Shown: positions 21,304-31,986 of the stretch, piece by piece
How positions within the stretch are numbered: position 1 is the first letter of the stretch
Layout: every line of letters starts with the position of its first letter
Assembly: GCA_963665115.1 (NCBI GenBank)
Contig: OY762007.1
Span: forward strand, 896,001-960,000
Direction: 5' to 3'
Source: an uncultured Rivularia sp.
Lineage (GTDB): Bacteria; Cyanobacteriota; Cyanobacteriia; Cyanobacteriales; Nostocaceae
Length of the DNA stretch: 64,000 nucleotides
The notes under the pieces: model-generated
Database searches by the model: none
Seen by the model: the letters and a program-made list of their open reading frames with translations, nothing else
Told to the model about the DNA's origin: nothing
Position numbers and translations under genes: made by a program

Positions 21304-21662
21304 ATATTTAGACAGAGGGGGGATGGGGAGATTCTTTAAGTAGAGAGTAGAGAGTAGCAAGTAAGGAATGGTTGAGCAGCCCGGTTGAGAATAAGAATTA
21401 TTTGTAATTTACTTTCTACTTCCTACTCCCTACTCCTTACTTATTTCCAACTCCCAATCTAAAATTTATTTGAGTATTAACGGTACAAAAAGTATTCATA
21501 TTTGATATAATTTATAATCTGAAAGTTGATGTGTGTTTAATCAGCTTTTCTGCGCTAGGATAATATTGGATATAAGTGTGAAGTGCCAAAACGAGGCGAT
21601 TGGATATACATCGCTAGGAGGCAAAAAAATTTTACGGAGAATAAAACCAGGAAACATAAAGC

Positions 21663-22899
21663 ATGGTAAATGTCAATCAGAAACCAACCAATGATATTGG
21701 GTTTACACACGACGATTTCGCGGCTTTACTTGATAAATACGATTATCACTTCAGCCCAGGGGATATAGTTCCAGGTACAGTTTTTAGTTTAGAGCCGCGC
21801 GGCGCTCTGATTGACATTGGTGCTAAAACGGCAGCATATATACCTATACAAGAAATGTCAATTAACCGGGTGGATAACCCGGAAGAAGTATTACAATCTA
21901 ACGAAACACGGGAGTTTTACATTCTCAGCGATGAGAATGAAGAAGGTCAGTTAACTCTTTCTATTCGCCGTATTGAGTATATGCGGGCTTGGGAACGGGT
22001 ACGTCAGCTGCAAACAGAGGATGCCACCGTGCGTTCCGGCGTATTCGCAACAAACCGTGGTGGAGCATTAGTACGAATTGAAGGATTACGTGGCTTTATT
22101 CCCGGTTTCTCATATAAGTACTCGCAAACCAAAAGAAGATTTGGTCGGCGAAGAACTACCATTAAAATTCTTAGAAGTAGACGAAGAGCGTAACCGACTC
22201 GTATTGTCTCATCGTCGGGCACTGGTTGAGCGTAAGATGAATCGCTTGGAAGTAGGCGAAGTTGTAATCGGTACAGTTCGCGGAATCAAGCCTTACGGTG
22301 CCTTTATCGATATTGGCGGTGTAAGCGGTTTGCTACACATCTCCGAAATTTCTCACGAGCATATTGATACACCCCACAGCGTATTCAATGTCAATGATGA
22401 ATTGAAAGTCATGATTATTGACTTGGATGCGGAAAGAGGTAGAATTTCACTTTCTACCAAGCAGCTTGAACCCGAACCTGGCGACATGATCAAGAACCGG
22501 GATGCGGTATTTGAGAAAGCAGAAGAAATGGCTGCTAAATTCCGCGAACAGTTGTTAGCTAAGGAACAAGGTATTACTCCTGAAGCTGCACCAGCTGCGG
22601 TAGAAGAATCACCAGCAGAAACTGAAGCAACCGTCGAGGAAGCAACCGTCGAGGAAGCACCTTCCTCAGAAGTTGAAGCAACCGTCGAGGAAGCACCTTC
22701 CTCAGAAGTTGAAGCAACCGTCGAGGAAGCACCTTCCTCAGAAGTTGAAGCAACCGTCGAGGAAGCACCTTCCTCAGAAGCTGAAGCAACCGTCGAGGAA
22801 GCACCTTCCTCAGAAGCTGAAGTTCAATCAGAAGCACCAGCAGAAACTGAAGTTCAAAATGAAACTCAAGAGGAAGTTGCAGCGGCTGTCGAAGAATAA
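21663..22899 (+). CDS. rpsA: 30S ribosomal protein S1 with acidic repeat tail; apparent +1 frameshift
   Basis: Three S1 domains (GALIDIGAK, RGFIPGSHIS, YGAFIDIGGVSGLLHISEIS). Removing one T at 22106-22108 joins the two ORFs. Confidence 0.96.
22639..22818 (+). repeat. 36-bp coding tandem repeat x5 (EATVEEAPSSE[V/A])
   Basis: gaagcaaccgtcgaggaagcaccttcctcagaag(t/c)t repeated five times. Confidence 0.95.
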
Positions 22900-22950
22900 T
22901 GGATTTATCGTTATAGACGCTTATAACAGTTTAGAGTTTTGTAAATTATT

Positions 22951-22974
22951 AAAGAGGGGGAACCCTCTTTTTTT
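22951..22974. terminator. Likely (bidirectional) terminator between rps1 and cobW
   Basis: aaagaggg-ggaa-ccctcttt followed by a T run. Confidence 0.65.
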
Positions 22975-23060
22975 ATTGGGTAATAGGTAATAGGTAATAG
23001 GTAATAGGTAATAGGTAATATCTAAAAACCTTTTCTTCCTACTCCCTACTCCTTGCTACT

Positions 23061-24113
23061 TCAATTCAACGAAACCAATTGCGATTCGATATCAGAAGAC
23101 TTCAAATCCTTACCGATAAAAACCAAACGAGTTTGTCTTGCTTCTTCAGGTTTCCAAGCCCTATCGTAAAATTGTTCAAAGCGATTTCCAACACCTTGCA
23201 TTACCAAACGCATCGATTTATCTGGTACGGCAACAAAACCCTTAATGCGGAAAATTTCTTGTTGTTGTACCAAAGTTTGTAACTGCTGCTTCAGCTTTTG
23301 AGGTTCAAAAGTACGGTTTAGAACTACATGATGAGAAGTAATTTCATCATCGTGTTCGTGTTCTTCTTCAAAGTCATGATGGGAAGGACGTTTATCTAAA
23401 TTGTCTTCAACAGCGGCTTCCAAACCTAATAATATAGACGAATCAACTTCGCTTTGATGACTTTCAATAATTTTCACAACTCGTGGTAATTCTTCCTTAA
23501 CTAAATTTATAACTTCAGCTAAGGTTTTTTCATCCACCAAATCCGTTTTATTTAACACCACCAAATCTGCACAAGCAAGCTGATCTTCAAACAGTTCTTG
23601 CAAAGGTGTTTCGTGTTCCAAACTATCATCAGCTTGCCGTTGCGATTCTACCGCTTCCAAATCGCTAGCAAAAGTTCCAGCCGCAACCGCTTCACTATCC
23701 ACCACGGTAATTACAGAATCAACTGTAGCAGCATTGCGAATTTCCTGCCAGCGAAAAGCTTTTACCAACGGTTTTGGTAAAGCCAAACCAGAAGTTTCAA
23801 TTAAAATGCAGTCGATGCTGTCTCGTCGTTTAATTAACTGCTGCATCGTTGGTAAAAACTCTTCTTGAACCGTGCAGCAAAGGCAACCGTTGGTTAATTC
23901 GTAGATATTATTATCATTATTGCTCTCTTCTTCCCCTTCCGGGCAAACTTGACAAGATTGTAGTAATTCCCCATCAATACCAAGTTCGCCAAATTCATTG
24001 ACAATAACAGCGATGCGTCTTCCTTGATTATTTTGTAGTAAATTACGAATTAAAGTAGTTTTTCCACTACCTAAAAAACCTGTGATAACAGTAACGGGGA
24101 TTTTTGCAGCCAT
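23061..24113 (-). CDS. cobW: Cobalamin biosynthesis protein CobW (COG0523 GTPase)
   Basis: GFLGSGKTT, NGCLCCTV, ETSGLALPKPLV, LFEDQLACAD and a His-rich linker. Confidence 0.93.
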   Translation of the reverse strand: MAAKIPVTVITGFLGSGKTTLIRNLLQNNQGRRIAVIVNEFGELGIDGELLQSCQVCPEGEEESNNDNNIYELTNGCLCCTVQEEFLPTMQQLIKRRDSIDCILIETSGLALPKPLVKAFRWQEIRNAATVDSVITVVDSEAVAAGTFASDLEAVESQRQADDSLEHETPLQELFEDQLACADLVVLNKTDLVDEKTLAEVINLVKEELPRVVKIIESHQSEVDSSILLGLEAAVEDNLDKRPSHHDFEEEHEHDDEITSHHVVLNRTFEPQKLKQQLQTLVQQQEIFRIKGFVAVPDKSMRLVMQGVGNRFEQFYDRAWKPEEARQTRLVFIGKDLKSSDIESQLVSLN

Positions 24114-24227
24114 GTGTATAAAAAGCTTTGTGTATCGGTGTTTGGAGCGTTTAGGGTATTGTTATTTTACGATGAAACGGTATATGAAATAGCAAAACTT
24201 TATAAAATGCCAAGACGAACGAATAAT

Positions 24228-24356
24228 ATGCCAAAACGTATTATCACGGAAATTTCCCAGGAGCAAGAAGCGATGCTTCCGAGCTATCGGGAAAAATGGC
24301 GATCGCTTTCAATATCCACCGAATTTATATATACCCAGAGAGAAAAAATGGAATGA
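24228..24356 (+). pseudogene. N-terminal remnant of a longer cyanobacterial protein (DUF6745-associated family by recollection)
   Basis: IITEISQEQEAMLPSYREKWRSLSISTE resembles the 'LTPEQEALIPVYREKWRAIALSTE' N-terminus, then stops after 42 aa. Confidence 0.55.
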
Positions 24357-24931
24357 ACGAGTTTAGATACGTTATTGGGGCAAAAAGGGAAGTTAGGGAA
24401 GGTTTAATTTTCTGGGCTAAAAAAGCTAGAGAATATACTAATACTTATTATCAAGGAGATGAAGAAAACGCCAAAGGAACTAAATTCTATCAAAGTATCT
24501 TGAAAACCAGGCAAATGATAGATAGTTTATTAGAGAAAGAAGATGGTTTTAGAAGCGTAATTGATGATCAAAATTTATTAGCTTCCGTGTGCATTATTCA
24601 AGAAACATCAATTTTGATTGATGAGCAACTAACAGATTGTATAGAAATAGAAGGTATTGCTAACAGCCCTTGGAATACAATCAAGTATTCACTACCAGAG
24701 AAAAGAAAAGGGGCAGCTACATCACTAGTTGAAAGTATAATCAAAGAAAGTCGAAAAAGCGGATTAAGCGAAATATTAAAGCTGCTGGCGATACCAGATG
24801 CGAAAAGTTTTTACAGTGATTTAGGTTTTGAAGAAGTTAATGGCTCTGGAGAAATGAGAATGAACTCTAATGCAGCATCAATGCTTCTCCTCGACCTTGA
24901 GCAAAAAAGAAATTCCACAGCTTTTGATTAA
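24353..24931 (+). CDS. GNAT-family acetyltransferase
   Basis: IANSPWN, RKGAATSLV (acetyl-CoA loop) and AKSFYSDLGF. ATG at 24353 overlaps the upstream TGA. Confidence 0.75.
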   Translation: MNEFRYVIGAKREVREGLIFWAKKAREYTNTYYQGDEENAKGTKFYQSILKTRQMIDSLLEKEDGFRSVIDDQNLLASVCIIQETSILIDEQLTDCIEIEGIANSPWNTIKYSLPEKRKGAATSLVESIIKESRKSGLSEILKLLAIPDAKSFYSDLGFEEVNGSGEMRMNSNAASMLLLDLEQKRNSTAFD

Positions 24932-24946
24932 AAAAGATTTAAGCAT

Positions 24947-25222
24947 ATGCCACAAGAATTGCCAAATATGGAAAAATCAAAAACTTACCAACCCACTCCA
25001 GAACAATTAGCAAGGTGGAAGCGTCTTGACGAAAATGATGGAGCTATTGCCGGACTATTGCCACCGGAAGAAGAACAGGCTCAAATTGTTAAAGAGTTCT
25101 TGAATACAGATTACGTAGCAGGACAGCTTGAGAAGGTACGTTCTCACAAAGCAAAACTTTTGAAAAAACTGAAATCTGCTGAAGAATACGAACAGTTATT
25201 GCTTGAAGAGCAGCAGAAATAA
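24947..25222 (+). CDS. Hypothetical small helical protein
   Basis: 91-aa ORF 15 bp after the GNAT gene, same strand, charged composition. Confidence 0.65.
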   Translation: MPQELPNMEKSKTYQPTPEQLARWKRLDENDGAIAGLLPPEEEQAQIVKEFLNTDYVAGQLEKVRSHKAKLLKKLKSAEEYEQLLLEEQQK

Positions 25223-25325
25223 GATTGAAGTATCAAAAAAACCTGGAATTGCTTGTAAAGCTTTAACCAGTCAATTGTAGAATTTTAGATATTTCCCAAT
25301 CCCCAATTCCCAATTTACAATTTTT

Positions 25326-25985
25326 ATGATTGAAGCTGTAATTTTCGATATGGATGGTTTGTTGATTGATTCCGAACCATTATGGCAACAGGCAGAAATC
25401 ACTATATTCAAACAAGTTGATATCATTCTTATTCCTTCTATGTGTCTGCAAACCAAAGGGTTGAGAATTGATGAAGTTGTAGAATATTGGTACAAAAAAT
25501 ATCCTTGGGATAAATTATCCAAACTGCAAGTTCAAGAGGCAATTGTTGATAAATTAATTGAGTTTATTTATACTCAAGGTAAGGCTTTAGCTGGAGTTGA
25601 GGATGCCATTAATTTTGTCAAAGCTAAAAATATCAAAGTTGCTTTAGCTTCTTCTTCTTCATATAAAATTATCAATGCTGCTTTGGAAAAACTAAATATA
25701 GCTGATGATTTTGAAATAATTTATTCGGCTGAATCGGAAACTTTGGGAAAACCTCATCCCGGTGTTTATCTTACCACGGCTGAAAAACTTGGTGTATCTC
25801 CTCAAAATTGTTTGGCTTTGGAAGATTCCCTCAATGGAGTATTAGCCGCAAAAGCCGCCCAAATGAAATGTATCGCTATCCCAGAAGTGTCAGAATACCA
25901 TAACCCAAAGTTCGCGATCGCCGATATGGTTTTGGAGTCTCTAGAGCAGTTAGATGATAATATTTGGGATTATATTAATTCGTAA
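25326..25985 (+). CDS. hxpB: HAD-family hexitol/2-deoxyglucose-6-phosphate phosphatase (HxpB/YniC-like)
   Basis: FDMDGLLIDSEPLW, ASSS, KPHPGVY and EDSLNG motifs. Confidence 0.85.
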   Translation: MIEAVIFDMDGLLIDSEPLWQQAEITIFKQVDIILIPSMCLQTKGLRIDEVVEYWYKKYPWDKLSKLQVQEAIVDKLIEFIYTQGKALAGVEDAINFVKAKNIKVALASSSSYKIINAALEKLNIADDFEIIYSAESETLGKPHPGVYLTTAEKLGVSPQNCLALEDSLNGVLAAKAAQMKCIAIPEVSEYHNPKFAIADMVLESLEQLDDNIWDYINS

Positions 25986-26104
25986 TTGATTAATTGTTCT
26001 CTTCTATTTTAGAAATCAAAAAATATCAGTCTTATTTATATTTATAAGACTTCTGCTATTAGCGAGCGCGTTTGCAACCCTGGGTGGATTATGGTTAAGC
26101 AACT

Positions 26105-26657
26105 ATGTACGAACATCTAGAACCTTTAAAGACAAAATTATTAATTCTAAAAATTGAAAAACCACCATCACCGTGGCAGCTTAAAACCGTTATTCCTGTA
26201 GGTGGATTATGTTCGGTGGGCTTTGATAGAGATACAGAGAATTTATTAATAGTATCCCATCAGGGTCGAGGTGTGGTTGATTGTTCGACTGGTGATAAAA
26301 CTGCGAGAGACTACGAAGATTATTACGAGAATCAATATCTTGAAGCTGAAGGCATTGGTTGTTTAAGAGGTAAAATTATTAGAATGGCTGGTATTAATGG
26401 TGGTGGTTTACCAACATCTACTGAAGACGATTGGTGCTTAGAATTAGTGACAATTAATTTTCCAGAAGAGATGATTTTACTGGTAGAAACCGGGTTCCGA
26501 TTTGTACGGTATTACTTATAATCGATCGGATAATTTTACCAAGATTGAACAACGAGAATCTATAAGAGCATACGGTTTTTCCTATACGGGTAACTCATTT
26601 ATGATTGCTACTAGCAGCGATTTAATAATCTATAATCGTTCCAATAAATTATCGTAG
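26105..26657 (+). CDS. Hypothetical protein; apparent +1 frameshift
   Basis: Removing one A at 26487-26489 extends the ORF with PGSDLYG...RAYGFSYTGNSFMIATSSDLIIYNRSNKLS*. Confidence 0.65.
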
Positions 26658-26720
26658 TGCGTTAGCGTTCACGCGGAGCGTGCGGCTCAGCGTGTCTGAA
26701 AGACAAGCATCTTGCTCGCT
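26654..26720 (+). mobile_element. Composite mini-element: REP-like hairpin carrying a 44-bp nested insert (second copy inverted at 56736-56803)
   Basis: gtagtgcg[ttagcg...gaaagaca]agcatcttgctcgct; the uninterrupted form is at 34592-34614. Confidence 0.75.
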
Positions 26721-26875
26721 AGAAGTAAATAAATCTTGCTCGCTAGGTATTATTTAAATATTCTCTTGCTTTAAATGATTTCGTTCAATTTTCTAGATAA
26801 TGTTGGGTTGTGCCAAAGGCACACCTAGCGGTGAACGTTCCTCTACCCAACCTACAAACTCAAAACTAAACCAAA

Positions 26876-26940
26876 TTAGGGGCAATATCCTTATAATTAC
26901 TAATACATTGCATCAGCAATCATAAGGATATCACCCCTAA
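26876..26940. terminator. Inverted repeat downstream of ho1 (terminator-like)
   Basis: ttaggggcaatatccttat...ataaggatatcacccctaa. Confidence 0.5.
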
Positions 26941-26978
26941 AAATTAATTATTCAAGATTCCAATCTTACAATCTAATC

Positions 26979-27701
26979 TTAATCAGCAGTTGCTAATCCG
27001 GTTTCGTTATTACCACGATTGCGACGACGAGTAAGGGTATTGAACAACATTTGCCCAATCGCTTTAATCAAATTACCTTCCAACTCTTGGAACATTTTCA
27101 TGTTCATCCCAAAAGCTGCGTTTGCTTCATCAACAATTTTATCTGCTGTTGCTTCGTCGATGGGCATCTCATCTAAAGCTTGACGGTATTTTGCTTTAAA
27201 TGCTTTTTCGTCGTCAATCTCATCGAATTCGTAGAAAGCAATGCCTTCTCCTTCGTTGAGATTCATTGCTGTTTGAGCAATATTTTTCAAAATTTGTCCG
27301 CCGGATAAGTCACCCAAGTAGCGAGTATAGGAATGCGCTACTAATAATTCGGGTTCGTTTTGCGATACTTCGCGGATGCGATTTACGTATGCTTCTCCCG
27401 CTGGTGATAACTTTATTTGTTCGCGCCAGTTTGCACCGTAATAATAGCTAAGGTCTTGTTCTAAACTATGCTTTCTATAGAGTTCCTTGAAGTCAATTTT
27501 AGAAACAACTGGGTGGTTAGCGTGTTTTTCCAACTCTTCTTCCATCGCACTGTAAGCGTAGTAAAAGTTGGCAACTAATTTACGATAAGAATTTTTTTCA
27601 ACGACTCCTTTTAAAAAGCACTTAACAAAACCAACGTTTTCTGCCATTGTGTGGGCTTTTTTGGTGCCTACACGTAATTTGGTTGCTAAATTGCTACTCA
27701 T
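26979..27701 (-). CDS. ho1: Heme oxygenase (biliverdin-producing, ferredoxin-dependent)
   Basis: LRVGTKKAHTMAENVGF and HSYTRYLGDLSGGQIL. Confidence 0.96.
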   Translation of the reverse strand: MSSNLATKLRVGTKKAHTMAENVGFVKCFLKGVVEKNSYRKLVANFYYAYSAMEEELEKHANHPVVSKIDFKELYRKHSLEQDLSYYYGANWREQIKLSPAGEAYVNRIREVSQNEPELLVAHSYTRYLGDLSGGQILKNIAQTAMNLNEGEGIAFYEFDEIDDEKAFKAKYRQALDEMPIDEATADKIVDEANAAFGMNMKMFQELEGNLIKAIGQMLFNTLTRRRNRGNNETGLATAD

Positions 27702-27895
27702 GCTAAATTTCTCAACAATAAAAAGGTTAACTATTCTAGTGGTCGTTTCAAAGTATGAAGTTTTAAGTGAGTGGAAGCTCCTAGAAGCTAGCTTGCAGTA
27801 GGTAAACGGAAGTTACAACGAGAATAAGATCCTCAATCCTAACTTATTTGCAACGATTCACCACTGAGCGCATCAATACTTAACTTCCTTCATCT

Positions 27896-27909
27896 GTAAC
27901 TGTGCATAC
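27896..27909. promoter_or_regulatory. Candidate NtcA box upstream of ho1
   Basis: GTA-ACTGTGCA-TAC matches GTA-N8-TAC; the motif is short and could occur by chance. Confidence 0.35.
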
Positions 27910-28518
27910 TGGAAACAACTACTAAAAGGTAACATTAGAGCCAATTGATGATAATTTCTATTAAAATTTCTTAAGCATATTCTGTCTTGTCGGTTTCAAC
28001 ACTACGATACACAAATTATGTCGATTTCAAAAAGATTGTACTTTTGTTAATTTTTATTACAAAAGCTTAATTAATCGTATGGATGTTGGTCTTTTTTATC
28101 AAGCTTCTAGTTTGCAACAGTATTTTTTTTGAAAAAAACTACGTGTTAATTCTAGTGTGAAAAGATACAGGTAATTGGTATCTCATTCCTGATTAGAATA
28201 AGCTTTGAAATATATTAGAAGCATAATTTATAGAAATAATATAATTAACTTAGAAATGACTTTAAACTTACTTTAAATGCTCTTTAAACAAGTTTTTAAT
28301 CCTATCAGGGATAATACTGACTTGATTGAATCTTCATATTTGCTTGATAGAATTCATAAGTATGTTTGCTCAAAAGTACCTAAATTAGAATAAATTTATA
28401 GAGAGAAAAATAAAAAAGGTATATTAAACAGTCCTGATGGAAAGGTATTCAATAGGAATTGTTCAATCAAGTATAAAGTGTTATTCTCCTGTGTGAGTGT
28501 GTGGAGCTTTGTAAAGTT

Positions 28519-29994
28519 ATGGTATCATTTGTAACTAGAAGTCGCGGTGGTATTCGTGAGGACTCTGCTGGTGAGGCTAATGGATGGAAAAAAGCCTCTG
28601 CAAGCGGTTTTGGGCAGAATTCGTTGGTGCTGCCGAAATCTCCTCTATTCGGTACTGATGGAATTCGTGGAAAAGTTGGCGGATTGTTGAGCGCACCTTT
28701 GGCATTGCAGGTGGGCTTTTGGACGGGTATTGTGTTGCGTAGTCGTGCGGCTAATCTTGGCCCCGTGATTCTCGGACAAGACTCTCGTAATTCTAGCGAT
28801 ATGCTGGCAATGGCTTTGAGTGCTGGGTTGACCGCCGCTGGATTAGAAGTGTGGTATTTAGGCTTATGTCCTACCCCTTGCGTTGCTTATCTTAGTAGCA
28901 TTACTGATGCGGTGGGTGGAGTAATGATTTCTGCCAGCCATAATCCACCAGAAGACAACGGCATTAAAATTTTTGGTGCTGATGGTATTAAGCTATCCAA
29001 AGCATTACAGCAAGAGATTGAAGCGGGTTTGCGCGGTCAAGCATCACCTGCGGTCAGTATAAGTAACTGCGGACGGCATTACTCGCGTCCGGAGTTGATA
29101 CAAGAATATGCCCAAATATTAAAACAGCCGCTGCATGGAAATGTAAATCTCCAAGGAATGAAAGTTGTTTTAGATTTAGCGTGGGGAGCAGCAGTCGGTT
29201 TAGCACCTTCTGTATTTACACAGTTAGGCGCAGAAGTTATTTCCCTGCATAATGAAGCAGATGGCGATCGCATCAATGTAGATTGCGGTTCGACTCATCT
29301 AGGTATTTTGCGGGCATCTGTAAAAGAAAACAATGCCGACTTGGGCTTTGCATTCGATGGTGATGCAGACAGAGTATTGGCAGTAGACAATACCGGAAGA
29401 GAGATTAACGGCGATTACATTCTTTATCTTTGGGGTAAGTCTTTACAGCAGGAACAAGAATTACCGGATAATTTGATTGTTTCTACCGTAATGGCTAATT
29501 TAGGCTTTGAAAGAGCGTGGAACCGAGTCGGCGGTAAATTTACACGTACCGCAGTTGGGGATCGACACGTACAGGCGGAAATGCTGCGGGCTGGCGGAAT
29601 GTTAGGAGGCGAACAATCCGGTCATATTCTTTGCCGTCATTACGGCATAACTGGAGATGGTTTGTTAACTGCTTTGCACATAGCAACTTTGGTACATCAA
29701 GCAGACGTACCTTTGTCCGAAATGGTAAATCAAAGCTTTACAACTTATCCGCAATTATTGCATAACGTGCGAGTAGAAGATAGAGAAAAGCGGGTAAATT
29801 GGAAAGACTGTCAACCTTTACAACAAGCTATTTCCCGTGCCGAGACAGCAATGGGTAATTCTGGTAGAGTATTAGTTCGCGCTTCAGGTACGGAACCTTT
29901 AATCCGAGTAATGGTAGAAGCCGAAGCGGCCGATCTTGTTAACCACTGGACAAAACAATTGGTTGATGTAGTGCAGCAGAATTTGGCAGCATAG
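28519..29994 (+). CDS. glmM: Phosphoglucosamine mutase
   Basis: [30 protein letters not shown] and RASGTEP. Confidence 0.95.
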   Translation: MVSFVTRSRGGIREDSAGEANGWKKASASGFGQNSLVLPKSPLFGTDGIRGKVGGLLSAPLALQVGFWTGIVLRSRAANLGPVILGQDSRNSSDMLAMALSAGLTAAGLEVWYLGLCPTPCVAYLSSITDAVGGVMISASHNPPEDNGIKIFGADGIKLSKALQQEIEAGLRGQASPAVSISNCGRHYSRPELIQEYAQILKQPLHGNVNLQGMKVVLDLAWGAAVGLAPSVFTQLGAEVISLHNEADGDRINVDCGSTHLGILRASVKENNADLGFAFDGDADRVLAVDNTGREINGDYILYLWGKSLQQEQELPDNLIVSTVMANLGFERAWNRVGGKFTRTAVGDRHVQAEMLRAGGMLGGEQSGHILCRHYGITGDGLLTALHIATLVHQADVPLSEMVNQSFTTYPQLLHNVRVEDREKRVNWKDCQPLQQAISRAETAMGNSGRVLVRASGTEPLIRVMVEAEAADLVNHWTKQLVDVVQQNLAA

Positions 29995-30282
29995 AGAATT
30001 TGACGAATTTAGACTGGTAAAGCAGGGATAGTTGTTAGTTGTTAGTAGTTAATAGGTGGGGAACAGGCAACAGCAGACCCTACCCCACAAGGCGCAAGGG
30101 AGCCGACCAACATTGTATCGTTAGTTCTTTGTTCTTTTTTTATCCTTATCGACTAACTAGACTAACGAATACAATGTAGTAATGTTAGCTTTCGGATATC
30201 ATCGACCAACGACTATCTACTAACTACTATCTACTATCTACCAACCATCTTTAATTTACTAATCTAAAGTCTTAAATTTAAT

Positions 30283-31986
30283 ATGCTCAAGTCCAAGGGT
30301 AAAAAAAATAAGAATACAAAAAATAAGAATAAAAAAAAGCAGTCGAAAAAAGAACAGCCAAAACTCACTATCAAAGAGAAGTTAGCGCAAAAACGCAAGG
30401 CAACAAGAGCTAAGAAAGAACTGATAGACCTACTTTCCAAAGCTGGAGGAGTAGGTCTTGTTTTAGGGATTGCGGCATTTTTTGCTGGAGGAATCAAATT
30501 AGCCCTCCCTGCAACGATGGGAGTGATAGTACTAGCGCTTTCTTATAAATATCCCCGTCAAGCTTTGTTCGGGTTTATTTTCTACGTTCCGTTTGCAGGT
30601 ACGGTAACTTATCTGCTTGGTGGAAATGCGATACTTCAATTAGCAAAAGATGGCTTTTACGTTCCGGCAGCTTTGGCACTGTGGCAAAAATGCCGCAAGC
30701 AGAATTTACCTTTCATAATCCCGTCAGATATTAAAAAACCATTATTTATTTTATTGGGCTTATGTATTTGTACGCTGTTGTTTATCAATGGAATGCAACA
30801 GTTTAACCCACCTCCTCCACCGCTGTTTAAAACACCACCGAAGTCAATGCCGCTAGGGATGGGCATTCTGGGACTCAAGGTATTTATGGGTTACATACCC
30901 TTAATGACCTGTGCTTATTATTTAATTCGCAACAAAAAAGATTTTCTGTTTGTATCGAGAGTCCAAGTTATCCTCATACTCGTTTGCTGTTTGCTCGGAG
31001 TTGTGCAATATGCATTATTAGTTGTGGGTATCTGTCCGGGGACTCGTGGGGCTGTAGGAGTTGACTTATTTAAGGCAACATTATCCGCTCGATGCTTTAT
31101 TGGTGGTGCTTTGGTTTTCAGTCCCAGTCAAGGGATGATTAGGCTACCAGGTACCTTTGTAGCACCTTGGCAGTGGGCATGGTTTTTAATATCAAGCACC
31201 TTCTTCACCTTCGGTACTGGCTTCAGCGATCCTTCTGCAAAATGGAGGATAGTTGGTTTGCTTTCTTTAGCAGCAGTATTTGTCAATGCTGTAATTTCCG
31301 GACAAAGAATTGCTTTAGCATTAGTACCTGTTTGCTTAGTATTACTGCTATTGCTTACAGGTCAATTTGCCAACCTCAAGCGATTCGTTCCTATTTTCGG
31401 GGGATTAGTTTTGGTTTTGACAATTGCGATCGCCAGCAATCCCGCAGTTGTCCAAGAAAGACTTGATAGCTTTATTGACCGTTGGAATGCTTCGCCACCT
31501 TACGAATTTATCACCCAGCAATTTGAGGAAGTCGCTCACAATACCAAAAACCCATTAGGAAACGGTTTGGGAAAAGCGACCAACTCTGCGAGGATAATGG
31601 GACCAACCAAACTAGTAGAAACATACTATCCAAAAGTCATGTATGAAATAGGAATTTTGGGAGTATTAGGGTTTTTAGTCTTAGTCACTACCCTAACAAT
31701 TACTGGCTTCAAAACTTACCGTAAAGTAAAAAACCGTAATTTCCGTGGTTACGGAGCAGCTTTATGGGTGTTTATATTGTTTATAAGTTACAACACCTAC
31801 TACTATCCTTTAGATGTTGACCCTGTTGCTGTTTACTACTGGTTTTTCGCAGGAGTGCTTTTCAAACTGCCAGAAATAGACAAGCTAGAGAGACTTAAAG
31901 AGGAGCAAAAAGAGGTAATTGATGTATCCGCTGAAGTATCTACTAAAACTAAACGCAAACGCAAGATTGTAGAAAACCCACTGTGA
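30283..31986 (+). CDS. hpsL: Hormogonium polysaccharide membrane protein HpsL-like (O-antigen ligase/polymerase-like)
   Basis: Multi-pass membrane protein with a basic N-terminus, RLPGTF and YYYPLDVDPVAVYYW; first gene of a GT2-GT4-GT4 run. Confidence 0.72.
   Translation: MLKSKGKKNKNTKNKNKKKQSKKEQPKLTIKEKLAQKRKATRAKKELIDLLSKAGGVGLVLGIAAFFAGGIKLALPATMGVIVLALSYKYPRQALFGFIFYVPFAGTVTYLLGGNAILQLAKDGFYVPAALALWQKCRKQNLPFIIPSDIKKPLFILLGLCICTLLFINGMQQFNPPPPPLFKTPPKSMPLGMGILGLKVFMGYIPLMTCAYYLIRNKKDFLFVSRVQVILILVCCLLGVVQYALLVVGICPGTRGAVGVDLFKATLSARCFIGGALVFSPSQGMIRLPGTFVAPWQWAWFLISSTFFTFGTGFSDPSAKWRIVGLLSLAAVFVNAVISGQRIALALVPVCLVLLLLLTGQFANLKRFVPIFGGLVLVLTIAIASNPAVVQERLDSFIDRWNASPPYEFITQQFEEVAHNTKNPLGNGLGKATNSARIMGPTKLVETYYPKVMYEIGILGVLGFLVLVTTLTITGFKTYRKVKNRNFRGYGAALWVFILFISYNTYYYPLDVDPVAVYYWFFAGVLFKLPEIDKLERLKEEQKEVIDVSAEVSTKTKRKRKIVENPL

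Noticed and set aside
22574..22990. Repetitive ORFs 22574..22837(-) and 22673..22990(+)
   Set aside because: Alternate frames of the 36-bp rps1 repeat
24114..24227. Cobalamin riboswitch upstream of cobW
   Set aside because: No recognisable B12-box or conserved core by eye; an Infernal scan would be needed to exclude it fully
30020..30070. SigJ-type GGGAA promoter motif upstream of hpsL
   Set aside because: Only a partial match, and similar strings are common in the local repeats
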